NCBI GenBank assembly: GCA_049570475.1
Contig: CP186953.1
Coordinates: 1,088,001 to 1,152,000, forward strand
DNA from: Candidatus Methanosuratincola verstraetei
Lineage (GTDB): Archaea > Thermoproteota > Methanomethylicia > Methanomethylicales > Methanomethylicaceae
DNA: 64,000 nt
Reading direction: 5' to 3'
Position numbers and translations under genes: made by a program. The first letter of the stretch is position 1, and each line of letters begins with the position of its first letter. The notes under the pieces are model-generated. The model was not told the origin of the DNA. It ran no database searches and worked only from the letters and a program-made list of their open reading frames with translations. Positions 9,119 to 18,891 of this stretch are shown piece by piece.

Positions 9119-10095
9119 TACCCATAGTTATTGGTGTAGCGGAAGACGTCTCCACCCGAGACGTCCGCCTTGACCCATGCAGTCGCCCCGAGTACCCTCA
9201 AAGTCCCTATGAATTGCGAGTCCGCCACATGGACCAGCAACTCCGGCACCCCATCTAAAGCCGCCATGTCCGCAGGGCTCTTCCATGCTGCCCCCCTCAG
9301 GATCCCTGTGGAGTCCTCAACAAGCACGAGCGAAAGAGGAGGGGCATTGCGCACCCGCAAATATGCGAATCCGGGAGGGGATGCCCATGCGCTTGCATTA
9401 ATTATCGGGATGCTGTACGAAACAGTGTATGATTGCGAAACATTAACCAAACCGACTCCAGTTTGAGGGTAGCGCCACGATGCCGACTCTGGGGAATAAA
9501 CGACCAAATATGCCTCGGTCAAATGCTGATCGACTCTGATCTCAAGCGTCATGCCAGCTTCAGCCGGTCCAGCCAACTCAAAATTTCCGTGTTTGTCTGC
9601 AACGATTGCATACGATCCTGCAGGCAGTCCTTCAACAGTAACGGCGCCAATTCCGCCCAGGCCGCTCCGAGTTTTGTATAAGCTGAAATCAGGAGCCCCT
9701 AGAGTCGTAGTGTAACTGGTGCCGTCGGGCCCAGGCATAAGCCTTTTCAGGTCTTCGTTAGCCGATCTTTGGATGAATTCGTTTATGTAAGATTCTGCGT
9801 CATCCGGGTTGCCTGTCTTTGAGGCATATGCGCCTGCATTCCTCAGGACACTTCTGACCGTCTGCATGTTCGCCAAATCAGAATCCAAGCCGATCTTTGA
9901 TCCATGCCAAGCAGCGCTTGCAATGACAAAGCCTGTAGAGATCAGTATCAGCGCCAATGCCAATGCAGTCGCCGTAAGCGCGAAGCCCCGGTCCTTTTTA
10001 TTGTGGGGCTTAGCCGGCCCATAGCAGAACCCTTCCATCATTCCTACACCCCTCCTTTTATCGATGCTGCACAAACAGGAGGTCCGCCCCCTCAA
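9118..10095 (-). CDS. Pilin-like protein with class III signal peptide
   Basis: KKDRG|FALTATALALALIL; start uncertain. Confidence 0.65.
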   Translation of the reverse strand: MRGRTSCLCSIDKRRGVGMMEGFCYGPAKPHNKKDRGFALTATALALALILISTGFVIASAAWHGSKIGLDSDLANMQTVRSVLRNAGAYASKTGNPDDAESYINEFIQRSANEDLKRLMPGPDGTSYTTTLGAPDFSLYKTRSGLGGIGAVTVEGLPAGSYAIVADKHGNFELAGPAEAGMTLEIRVDQHLTEAYLVVYSPESASWRYPQTGVGLVNVSQSYTVSYSIPIINASAWASPPGFAYLRVRNAPPLSLVLVEDSTGILRGAAWKSPADMAALDGVPELLVHVADSQFIGTLRVLGATAWVKADVSGGDVFRYTNNYG

Positions 10096-10745
10096 GGTCT
10101 CAACATGAGCCTTATCCCATCATGGGTTCTAGTTATTACCAGTGCTATGTCGCCTGCAGGCATTGTAAGGTTGTTCATTTGAACGTTGTATTCAACGATA
10201 ATGTGAGTCCCATTCGAGTGGACTGATTGGATGATCGCCCCGGGGTCTTGCAGACTCAAGGCCCCTTGATCCATGACAATGTTGGTTGGGAACGCCAGCT
10301 TAGAACGACTGCCGTTGACCGTCAATTCGGCTGGTCCCCCTTCCCAGTGCATGATGCACACGGCCCCGCTCCCGGGCTCCGAGAGATACGCTCTCTGAAT
10401 CAGCATGTTGAGCGATTTTATGGTCTGTAGGTCTGTTCCCCCTTCTGTATGGTAGCTTTCAGTAATCCTGCCTTCTGACGCAACAGCAGCCGTAACCAAT
10501 AGAGCTGCGAAAGTAGTCAAGATCAAATCAACAGGGCGTGAAATGCCTGCCGTTTTGCGGATGTTGCGGTCCCACACCATCAACAGACCCCCTGCAGATC
10601 CAGAGAGGATAAATAAACTAGCCTGGATGATCGGTCCCAATGGATTCCGCTCAGATGGGTTTGTAACCATGGGGCCCGAAAATGCGATTGAGCTTATTCT
10701 GACCCCTCCAGGGCACTGTGCCCTGTCATGCCTTGCCAGGGCCAT
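10092..10745 (-). CDS. Pilin-like membrane-anchored protein
   Basis: RKTAG|ISRPVDLILTTFAALLV; the real start is probably the later MVWDR. Confidence 0.55.
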   Translation of the reverse strand: MALARHDRAQCPGGVRISSIAFSGPMVTNPSERNPLGPIIQASLFILSGSAGGLLMVWDRNIRKTAGISRPVDLILTTFAALLVTAAVASEGRITESYHTEGGTDLQTIKSLNMLIQRAYLSEPGSGAVCIMHWEGGPAELTVNGSRSKLAFPTNIVMDQGALSLQDPGAIIQSVHSNGTHIIVEYNVQMNNLTMPAGDIALVITRTHDGIRLMLRP

Positions 10746-10770
10746 TACGTTCTGCTATGAAAATTTATTT

Positions 10771-11220
10771 TTACTCTGATATTGCAAGCGTCACCAGGTA
10801 CGGCTCTGGGTTCGACTCGCAGGAAACTAGATATGGAGACGAAGCCGCTGCGTTTCTCCAGTCAAACCCTTGCGAGGAAAAGGACCAGTTCAGCTCCCAG
10901 CTGGGGGAATAGACGCATAGGCAGTAGCTCGCCCCCTCCGGCAGCAGTTCCCCAATGGCCCGGCGCACCGCTGACGAGTCATGCCCCTCTATAAGCCTTG
11001 CGAGGCAGCCATTCGAGTCCAAAAAGCTCAGGACGTGTGTTGCGTAATCCCCGAGGCATTGATCGGGCTCTGGTGGCGCTTGGGTAGCCAGCGAGCTGTA
11101 TGCAGCAAGGCCGATTATCATTATAACGCAGGCTACCATGCAGTCAAAAATCAACGCAACGCCTCTGCCCCAACCCTTCGTTTGAGGGGATATCGCTTGT
11201 CTAATCAGGGATCCCATCAA
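10771..11220 (-). CDS. Pilin-like protein with class III signal peptide
   Basis: KGWGRG|VALIFDCMVACVIMIIGL. Confidence 0.65.
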   Translation of the reverse strand: MMGSLIRQAISPQTKGWGRGVALIFDCMVACVIMIIGLAAYSSLATQAPPEPDQCLGDYATHVLSFLDSNGCLARLIEGHDSSAVRRAIGELLPEGASYCLCVYSPSWELNWSFSSQGFDWRNAAASSPYLVSCESNPEPYLVTLAISE

Positions 11221-11229
11221 AGCTCACCG

Positions 11230-11688
11230 CTAAGTAAGTCCATCGCTTGCATATACCTCAAGCCTTACAAAAGTCCCATCTCCGAGGACGATCCCGCTCA
11301 CGTATTTCTGGGCGCCCGCGCCGAGGGGATGCATGGCGGGTCCTTGCTTGATCCATATTCTTGTAATTCCGCCTGATGGATCAATGCTGTAGCAGGTAGC
11401 CCTGATTGCGATCTCCACGCCTGGAGCGGGGCTAAGATAGCAGCCGGGTTCGCAAACAGGCTCCCAGGATGACCATCTTTCTGAAGAGTTCCCGTTTTGC
11501 ATCAAAATCTCTGATGCCACTATGCAAGCAGCCGCCTCCAGCCTCGGCTTATCGATCCTATCCATCGATGATTCGTAGACGGCGACCGCTGTGTATTGCG
11601 ATACCGAAAAAGCTGCCAAAAATATCGCGAAAGCAATTGTGGCTTCTAAGGCCTGATCCATTTTCCGCCACTCGGGGCTCGACCCCAA
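11230..11688 (-). CDS. Pilin-like protein
   Basis: RKMDQALEATIAFAIFLAAF, an N-terminal hydrophobic helix preceded by Glu. Confidence 0.6.
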   Translation of the reverse strand: MGSSPEWRKMDQALEATIAFAIFLAAFSVSQYTAVAVYESSMDRIDKPRLEAAACIVASEILMQNGNSSERWSSWEPVCEPGCYLSPAPGVEIAIRATCYSIDPSGGITRIWIKQGPAMHPLGAGAQKYVSGIVLGDGTFVRLEVYASDGLT

Positions 11689-11701
11689 ACTTTAGTCTTG
11701 C

Positions 11702-12133
11702 TTAAATCCCCTCGGCTCGTTGCCCCGAGACCGAGATTATTGCCGTCCCATTCGGGTAAGCTGTCACAATGAATGACGAAGAACTGATCCTCGAGGGCTG
11801 AATGTCTATGCGGCCCATTAAAGAGACTGATGCATTAATCAAACTCCCCTTGAATGTGGAGACTACGGTTATGCTTGTCCCTGAGGCCTCGACCAGCGCT
11901 TCTTCAGAGAATATGACATATGTTTTAACTGCCGTGCCGCTCTGCGCCGCTTCGCTGGCAGCCTCCGCCGCCCCTGCAGCCATCTGAAAAGCCATGCATC
12001 TTACAGCGCTCTCTTCCATCACCATGCTGGCCCTCTCCCAGAAAGCAGCCGAGGTGCTTGCGAACAATGATCCGGATGCCAGGAGGGAGGCGATCAAAAT
12101 TATGGTTGTGACAGACCTGTCCATTGGACTCAC
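11702..12133 (-). CDS. Pilin-like / secreted protein
   Basis: N-terminal hydrophobic helix, long alpha helix, then beta strands; overlaps the upstream gene. Confidence 0.55.
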   Translation of the reverse strand: MSPMDRSVTTIILIASLLASGSLFASTSAAFWERASMVMEESAVRCMAFQMAAGAAEAASEAAQSGTAVKTYVIFSEEALVEASGTSITVVSTFKGSLINASVSLMGRIDIQPSRISSSSFIVTAYPNGTAIISVSGQRAEGI

Positions 12134-12900
12134 CTCAGCCAGATCGGAGTGTAGCAGACGCGACCTAGCTCGACTGTGACTTTGTCCCCCCTGCTGACAG
12201 AGAAGCTGAGTGCCTTGACCCCGTCGACGAAGATCTCCACGCCTCCAGGCAAATCAACATACCTCGAGAAAGCCAGGTCCTTCCAGCAACTCTTTAGAAG
12301 CAATAGGTCAAAAGTTCCGGCTGCCGAAAAAGGTCCCTCGATGCTCCCGACAATTATCCTTACCGAATGTGTTCTTACGTTGAGATCGCTCGCAGAACAA
12401 GCGTATCCGATCGCGGGGACGGGCATTATGAATGCTGCCCGCTCCCCTTCAAGCATCCCATTGAAGATCCTGACCCTGCTTCCATCGTCCAGAAAGCCGG
12501 AGCTTTTCCCTGCACTCAAAACCGAGAAGTTCTCCTTTGGGGCGCTCGTTATCGATCCGCCAACTATGCACAGGCCTCTCTTACCGATCAGGACGCTCTG
12601 GGATCCCCCTGGGAGGCTGAGGGTGACATTGAACACGCCCAGCTCCTTTTCAACCATAGGCAATCCGCCGGTCGAGAACCCGAAAACTATGCCTGTCTCA
12701 TTCCTCGAAATGACATTGCCAATCTCAGCCGCCTTAGTCTGGATTGTGACCTCGGGGGATTTTGGCACCTGCATCGCGATGTACTTCCCTCCTACAGCTA
12801 ATCCGGCAACTGCTGCAACCATTGCGACAGATATCATTATTGCAGTTATTCCTACATGCATGCTTCTACACCTGCGCTTCCCGTCCTTGCCATCTGGCAA
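12130..12900 (-). CDS. Membrane-anchored secreted protein (pilin-like)
   Basis: Basic N-terminus, HVG|ITAIMISVAMVAAV, beta-rich body. Confidence 0.6.
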   Translation of the reverse strand: MPDGKDGKRRCRSMHVGITAIMISVAMVAAVAGLAVGGKYIAMQVPKSPEVTIQTKAAEIGNVISRNETGIVFGFSTGGLPMVEKELGVFNVTLSLPGGSQSVLIGKRGLCIVGGSITSAPKENFSVLSAGKSSGFLDDGSRVRIFNGMLEGERAAFIMPVPAIGYACSASDLNVRTHSVRIIVGSIEGPFSAAGTFDLLLLKSCWKDLAFSRYVDLPGGVEIFVDGVKALSFSVSRGDKVTVELGRVCYTPIWLR

Positions 12901-12911
12901 TCGTTAATTCC

Positions 12912-15755
12912 CTAAATTGTGCCAACAAGCAGTATTCTACCATCCCTGGCTGGATTATACAGTATTGATGACGAATGCCCGGGGACCAGTTGAAGCCACA
13001 ACCCTTCCGGGCCGCCTACCGTTGCAATTATTCCATGATAATCGGCATACGTGGCGGCGGCAATCTCCGCCTCGATCTTGGTTTCAGGGACAGAAAGCGT
13101 GCTGTCCACAGGTATTCGGCCATATTCTGGGGCTAAGGCGCTCATGTCGATGTAGACCTGCCCATCCTGCCTGGCAAGGCTCGCCCTCTGCGTGGGTCCA
13201 AAGTAGCCAAGCAGCCCGTGGGTGCCGTTAAAGGGGTGTGCATACGTGTCCCAGTAGAGCGCTACCTGCACCCCCGACACGCCTGCCAGGCTCTCTCGGT
13301 CTCCCCAGTCGATCGCCTCGACAGCAAGGCACGTCGCGTTGAAGTGGTAAACCACCGGAGCCAGCACGGTGTAGTTGATCCTGCTGGTGGGCAGCCAGCT
13401 TGCCCTGAAGACATTCCCGTCCTGTAGGATCGCCCAGACTGGCAGCTCGACGGTCGAGAAGAGCGTCGAAGCATTCATCTCCTCGTACGGTATGTACAGA
13501 CTCGAGAAACCATGCGAATCGCACGGGGTCGAGAGCCTGCTTGCATTCAAAGTCCCGCCTGCTAGCGCACTGTACGCGCCCTCGAGCGAGGTCATGTAAT
13601 ATCCGCCCCTGCCTGTCACCGGGTGCCCATCTGTGGCGAAGACGAACCTGAATTTTGCAGCCGCGCCAGTCAGGTTGTAGTCGAACTCGGCGGCCACCAT
13701 CACCGTGTCGATCCACCAAGTGCTGTTGTACGAATAGTTGTTGGCTCCGGCGCTCACAACCGCATAAGCATAGTGCTGCGACCCCACGGGCGCGCTCCTG
13801 TTAGTCGAGTAGAACTTGCCTGAAAAATCACCGAATGCAATTGTGAACCACCCGGATGCATTTGTTGTGGTCGTGCCGCTGAACTTGCATACTGCATTCT
13901 TCCAACTTCCTTCGGAGTAGCATATTGCACCAGACGTGTCCAGCCACGCTGTGACAGTGACTTGCGAGGGGGCGGTCGTTCCCGGCACCGTCCCGGTCAC
14001 GTTCACTCCAAAGTTCTCATTGACTATCACTCTATCAAGGCGCTCGCCTGTGAGTATGCTGCATGGGGAGACTGTTACTGGCTCGATGGTCTGCTCCTGC
14101 TGCTCGAGCGCGAACCTCGCGGACGCGTTCTTGTCCTCATTCATCATCAATTGAACCGTTTCGGAGGTGTATTCTATCCCGTTGATAGACCAATTCTGGA
14201 AGGTGTAGCCTGGGTATGGCGTTGCGGTCAGTGAGACTGCCTTGCCTGCCTCGTATCTGTACCTGCCAGGCGTTGGGCTGGTGCTACCTCCATCAGCAGG
14301 CTGCACAGTCAGGTAATAGTAGGTGGTTTGGGGCGGCGATTCCGTTATTGTGACCGCTATGTCAACACTCCTAGTCGCCCCCCCTGAAGCAGTGCCCACA
14401 ACCCTCAACGTGTACGTGCCAGCGGGGGAGCTTGAACCCGTCTGGATCAGCAGAGATGCGGTTGCTGTCGGGACTAATGTTAGCGGCGAGATCCCTATCG
14501 AGACGTCGAATGGAGCGTTGTCTGCCCAAAAATGGCTGAGCGAGACCTGTTCTGCAATGCCGGAAAGAAGGGTTGCCAATACTGTGGCGCTTCTGCTTCC
14601 GCCCTTTTGAACGACCACATCCCCTGATTTTGACATGCTGAAGTTGAAAGGGGTTGGCGCTGCGGTGAAGATTGGGCTCAGGGTGTGGTTTGCGTCCATT
14701 ATCACCGAGACTGGGTTGGAGTAGACCGTCTGGCCGTCTAGGAGCCAGTGGGAGAAGCAATTCCCGGGGGAAGGCGAAGCCTGCACTGCGACCTGTTGCG
14801 GCGAAGTGTATGTATATGTCCCTGCCGTGGGGCTTGTGCTTCCGCCATTCGAGGGCGTGATCGTTAGGTATGTGCGGATTATCACTTGGAGGCTCTTCAC
14901 ATCGATTATGCCCATCGAATCGGTTGCTGTGCAAGTAACCGTGTATACGCCAGGATAGGCATATGATTTGGATGGGCTCTGTTCGTGGGATACGCTGCCG
15001 TCGCCGAAGTCCCAGCAGAAGGCGTAGGGGGCGACGCCGTCCTTGGCTGAAGCGCTGAACCGGATTGGGGCGCCTATGGGTGACTCGTTCATGCTGGCTG
15101 AGATGCTGATCTCCGTCCAATGAAAAGCCAGGCTCAAAGAGGATAGCGTCGCCCTGACTTTGACCTCAGCATAGTCCGTGATGTACTCATTGTTCCAATA
15201 TGAGTAACTTGCAACCGCCCAGGCTGCAGGGCCTTCCACCGTGTAGATCGTGCTCCCTCCTGAGTACTTGCTTGCGCCCAGCTTGATAATGCCGCCCGAG
15301 GGCCCCGCTCCATACAGTGCGTCCCCCATCCCTGCTGGCGGACAGGAGAGCCCAACCCCGTCCTCGGGGTTATGAAAGACCGGCGCCGTCACGGCGAAGT
15401 TCTGTGCCTCCCACGCCAAGTAAGAGACTGCCCTCTGGACAGATGAGGAATACGAGAGGCTTCCGGAGATGTTCGCGTTCGGCCAGCCGCCGCCTCCGGT
15501 CGGAACGGATGCCCGCACATCGAGCTCAAACCCGCCTGGTACGGTGTACGCCTGGTAGTACAGTATAGGCTGTTCAAATCCTAGCCGCGAGGCCTCGTCG
15601 TTTGGGAACACAGGCCCTGCCTGCCAGCTCCATGCGAGCTGCCCCGGGGTCAGGGTGACGCTCTCAGTGTATGCGCCCACTGGATGCGTAAAGGTCGCTG
15701 TCGAGGCGAAAATGAGCAAGAGGAACCAGAACACTCTGGGGCTGGTCTTGACCAA
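12912..15755 (-). CDS. Secreted PKD-domain / InlB-B-repeat-like surface protein
   Basis: Signal peptide; PKD motif WDFGDG...Y..PGVYTV; two GGSTSP..G.Y.Y...A.P.PG..F..W repeats. Confidence 0.8.
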   Translation of the reverse strand: MVKTSPRVFWFLLLIFASTATFTHPVGAYTESVTLTPGQLAWSWQAGPVFPNDEASRLGFEQPILYYQAYTVPGGFELDVRASVPTGGGGWPNANISGSLSYSSSVQRAVSYLAWEAQNFAVTAPVFHNPEDGVGLSCPPAGMGDALYGAGPSGGIIKLGASKYSGGSTIYTVEGPAAWAVASYSYWNNEYITDYAEVKVRATLSSLSLAFHWTEISISASMNESPIGAPIRFSASAKDGVAPYAFCWDFGDGSVSHEQSPSKSYAYPGVYTVTCTATDSMGIIDVKSLQVIIRTYLTITPSNGGSTSPTAGTYTYTSPQQVAVQASPSPGNCFSHWLLDGQTVYSNPVSVIMDANHTLSPIFTAAPTPFNFSMSKSGDVVVQKGGSRSATVLATLLSGIAEQVSLSHFWADNAPFDVSIGISPLTLVPTATASLLIQTGSSSPAGTYTLRVVGTASGGATRSVDIAVTITESPPQTTYYYLTVQPADGGSTSPTPGRYRYEAGKAVSLTATPYPGYTFQNWSINGIEYTSETVQLMMNEDKNASARFALEQQEQTIEPVTVSPCSILTGERLDRVIVNENFGVNVTGTVPGTTAPSQVTVTAWLDTSGAICYSEGSWKNAVCKFSGTTTTNASGWFTIAFGDFSGKFYSTNRSAPVGSQHYAYAVVSAGANNYSYNSTWWIDTVMVAAEFDYNLTGAAAKFRFVFATDGHPVTGRGGYYMTSLEGAYSALAGGTLNASRLSTPCDSHGFSSLYIPYEEMNASTLFSTVELPVWAILQDGNVFRASWLPTSRINYTVLAPVVYHFNATCLAVEAIDWGDRESLAGVSGVQVALYWDTYAHPFNGTHGLLGYFGPTQRASLARQDGQVYIDMSALAPEYGRIPVDSTLSVPETKIEAEIAAATYADYHGIIATVGGPEGLWLQLVPGHSSSILYNPARDGRILLVGTI

Positions 15756-15767
15756 TTTTTAACCCCC

Positions 15768-16589
15768 TCAAGATTGTCCCAAGTCCTGGATTGAATTCAA
15801 GGTGAAAGTGGGGCTCCACCAAAAAATGAGTGGCATCTCTGCTTCAACGGTCAGCTCCACCCTGTGCTCTCCGGCGAGCCCGGTCAAATCCACGGCGGTG
15901 CCGCTAACAGGCATCTCGCTTCCATCTACTAGGCACTTTACGATGGAAAGCGTGACCCATCCCCTTCCCCACCAATCGAAATCCACCGCCATTATTTTTG
16001 ATTGTTCGGTGTATAGCAAGTACTTGTCGCTTATCGGGACTATCCCGACCACGGTTGCGTCCGAAGGCAGGTAATTCTTGCCTGTGGTGCGCAGCATAAG
16101 TTTGTAGGCTTCAATAAACTCACTGGCGTTTAGAGACAGCTCGTACCCCTCCCCGTAAGGGACTTGCTGAAGCTCTCGCCAATGTGCCGACGAATGGACC
16201 TCATAGACTGCGTCGATGAACCTGGTGCTCGCGACTCTTGGGGGAGCGTCTGATGGGTGGACATAGCTCCTCAAGAAATGCGTGGAGTTGTCCGGCAGCT
16301 TCACTATCAGTGTAGTAACCGGTCCAATTGAGCTTCTGATGCCAGAGACGTTGACCTTCAAAGCCGCGAAATTCAGCGGCCTCTCTAAGAATATGCCCTC
16401 TGGCGCTGGCTCGTACCTGCACTCCTCCTCCTCTGCTGCAACGCTAATGATCTCATAAACTGGCCGAACCGTTGCTGAGATCAAGTGCGGGATCGAAAGC
16501 CATATTGAAATTGCAACCACTCCGGAAACGGCCAAAACATAAATGGCGGCTTCCACTCCAATCCTCAGCCTCAACCGATTCCACCCCAA
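15768..16589 (-). CDS. Membrane-anchored hypothetical protein, first gene of the surface operon
   Basis: Single N-terminal TM helix; divergent from amrS at 16725. Confidence 0.6.
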   Translation of the reverse strand: MGWNRLRLRIGVEAAIYVLAVSGVVAISIWLSIPHLISATVRPVYEIISVAAEEEECRYEPAPEGIFLERPLNFAALKVNVSGIRSSIGPVTTLIVKLPDNSTHFLRSYVHPSDAPPRVASTRFIDAVYEVHSSAHWRELQQVPYGEGYELSLNASEFIEAYKLMLRTTGKNYLPSDATVVGIVPISDKYLLYTEQSKIMAVDFDWWGRGWVTLSIVKCLVDGSEMPVSGTAVDLTGLAGEHRVELTVEAEMPLIFWWSPTFTLNSIQDLGQS

Positions 16590-16724
16590 AAAATACAGCC
16601 CCCTTTTAACGGCAAGGATTCAGCAAGATCAACAATTTCCCAAAGCGGTTCACCTCCACGCTTGGCGCCCACTCTTTGATTTCCTTCCAAATCTGATATT
16701 AGACAGAAAAGCGGATCCGATCGT

Positions 16725-17801
16725 GTGGATCCAATCTCCCTGGCAAAATGGTGGGAGGGAGAAGGGGATGCAGTGAGGTGCCTTCTCTGCCCACGCACAT
16801 GCCTGATCGAGGAGGGTAAGCTCGGATTCTGCCTGGTCAGGAAGAACATTGGCGGCAGCCTATTCTCGACCAACTATGGCATTGTCTCTGTCTCCACCAT
16901 AGACAACATCGAGAAGAAGCCGATCTTCCACTTCCTCCCGGGATCAAAATTGTATTCTGTAGGGTCATTTGGGTGCAACCTCAGGTGCCTTTATTGCCAG
17001 AACTACCCGCTGGTAGAAGGCGGTTTCGAAGCCGCGCCCTACAGGCGCCTACGACCTGAGGATCTCGTGTCGGAGGCAATATCCAGGGGTGCAGATGGCA
17101 TCGCCTGGACCTTCAACGAGCCGATCGTCTGGTCAGAGTACGTGATCGAGACCTCGCGACTTGCTCGCAAAGAGGGGCTCTACTGCATGCTGAATACAAA
17201 CGGGTACATAAATGATAGCCCACGGGACGAGCTACTGGAGGTTATGGATGCCATAAAAGTCGACATAAAGGGGTTTTCGAACCGGTTCTACAGCGAGGTC
17301 TGCAGGGGGTCGTTGGATCCTGTTCTTGGGACATGCAAGGCTGCATCAGAAAAAGGAATACACCTCGAGGTAGCCTACCCTGTGGTGCGGGGGAGGAACG
17401 ACAGCCCAGGCGAAATAGACCGTTTCTGCAAGTGGGTCCGTTTCAACCTCGGTCCTGAAACCCCCGTCCACTTCATCATGGTACACAGTTACCACCGTTT
17501 TGCGGGCCATCCCGAGACCAGCCTGGAGGATCTGCAAAAAATAAGGCTCTTAGGGATCCAAAGCGGCCTAAACCACGTTTACGTCGGCGGGACGACTAAG
17601 GGTCCAGCTCAGAACACATACTGCCCGGTTTGCGGGGAATTGCTGATCTCGAGATCGGGCGACTCTGATGCAGAAAAAGTTTACTTCATGGACCAGCAGG
17701 TGAGCAGATTTTGCCCAAGCCATTCTGCGGTCAGGGTCATGCTGTGCGGAAGATCGTGCCCACGTTGCGGCAGGATAGTCAATATCAAGACAAAAATCTG
17801 A
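16725..17801 (+). CDS. amrS: AmmeMemoRadiSam radical SAM enzyme, second paralog
   Basis: CLLCPRTC, DNIEKKPIFHFLPG, CNLRCLYCQN, WTFNEP, NTNGY, NTYCPVCG. Confidence 0.88.
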   Translation: MDPISLAKWWEGEGDAVRCLLCPRTCLIEEGKLGFCLVRKNIGGSLFSTNYGIVSVSTIDNIEKKPIFHFLPGSKLYSVGSFGCNLRCLYCQNYPLVEGGFEAAPYRRLRPEDLVSEAISRGADGIAWTFNEPIVWSEYVIETSRLARKEGLYCMLNTNGYINDSPRDELLEVMDAIKVDIKGFSNRFYSEVCRGSLDPVLGTCKAASEKGIHLEVAYPVVRGRNDSPGEIDRFCKWVRFNLGPETPVHFIMVHSYHRFAGHPETSLEDLQKIRLLGIQSGLNHVYVGGTTKGPAQNTYCPVCGELLISRSGDSDAEKVYFMDQQVSRFCPSHSAVRVMLCGRSCPRCGRIVNIKTKI

Positions 17802-17930
17802 TCTCCAGGGATGACTTCCTCAGGGGCACCCTCATAGAAGAGCCGTTTTCAGCCGTGTCCAGGGAGATGGTTCAGGTAGGCAGGGGATCTTCAGAAGGAT
17901 CGGAACCGTCCTGCCCGGCACATAGTTAAT

Positions 17931-17940
17931 TTAATATAAA
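17931..17940 (+). promoter_or_regulatory. TATA box of tRNA-Val
   Basis: TTAATATAAA about 26-35 nt upstream of the tRNA 5' end. Confidence 0.55.
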
Positions 17941-17965
17941 GCCGCCTCAAAAATAGTCTGACACT

Positions 17966-18043
17966 GGGCCGGTCGTCTAGTTTGGTTAGGATACCGCCCT
18001 GACACGGCGGTGGTCTCCGGTTCGAGTCCGGACCGGCCCACCA
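17966..18043 (+). tRNA. tRNA-Val(GAC), CCA encoded
   Basis: Acceptor GGGCCGG/CCGGCCC-A-CCA, anticodon arm CCGCC-CTGACAC-GGCGG, T loop GGTTCGAGTCC. Confidence 0.97.
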
Positions 18044-18077
18044 CAAATTCGCCTTGGTTTAGAAATTCTTAAGTTGA

Positions 18078-18848
18078 TTGGCGCCGATATATGTATCTCC
18101 AGAGGGGGCACCAAAAATTTCGGAATACGACCAATGGGCTGAAGTCTACGACATAATGTACGGGAATTACCGCGAAGACATCGACTTCTACAGGAGGGAG
18201 GCCAAGAAGGTCCAAGGAAAGGTCCTCGAGGTTGGCTGCGGCACGGGGCGGATCTACTTGGAGCTGCTCAAGGAAGGGATCGATGTTGAGGGGATCGACA
18301 TTTCGCAAAGGATGCTTAACCAGCTCAAGGAGAAGGCATCGGCAATGGGGCTCAGCCCAAAGGTCTCTGTGGCTGACATGCGGAATTTTGATCTCGGGCG
18401 AAAATTCTCGCTCATAATTGTGCCGTTCAGGTCTTTCCTGTACAACATAACCACCGAAGATCAGCTCAGCACACTCAGATCCTTCCATAAGCATTTGGAG
18501 CCTGGTGGGCTGCTCATACTGAACTTCTTCTACCCTGATCTGGAAATGATGATGGGCCTGAACAAGGAATCGGAAGAGTTGCTGATCAGCGAGGAAGGGA
18601 AATACGTCCTGCGGCAGAGATCTTACTTCATAAGCGAGCCTGATCAGATCGTCGAGACGGCCGCAGTCCTCTACAGGGACGGCGAGCTCTACTGGAAAGG
18701 GACACAGCGCCTGGCATTGGTGTTCAAGCGCGAGTTCGAACTGCTTCTGAGGATCGCTGGTTTCTCGGATTGGGAGGTATTTGGGGGGTTCGACGGGCGC
18801 CCTCTCACTTCTTACAAACAAGAAATGGTCTGGGTGGCTAAAAAATAA
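18078..18848 (+). CDS. Class I SAM-dependent methyltransferase
   Basis: VLEVGCGTG, GIDIS..ML, ADMR.F, HLEPGG; start uncertain. Confidence 0.88.
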   Translation: MAPIYVSPEGAPKISEYDQWAEVYDIMYGNYREDIDFYRREAKKVQGKVLEVGCGTGRIYLELLKEGIDVEGIDISQRMLNQLKEKASAMGLSPKVSVADMRNFDLGRKFSLIIVPFRSFLYNITTEDQLSTLRSFHKHLEPGGLLILNFFYPDLEMMMGLNKESEELLISEEGKYVLRQRSYFISEPDQIVETAAVLYRDGELYWKGTQRLALVFKREFELLLRIAGFSDWEVFGGFDGRPLTSYKQEMVWVAKK

Positions 18849-18891
18849 AAATAAAGTAAAAACAAAACAAAAGATTAAGCCTGCCCGACAA

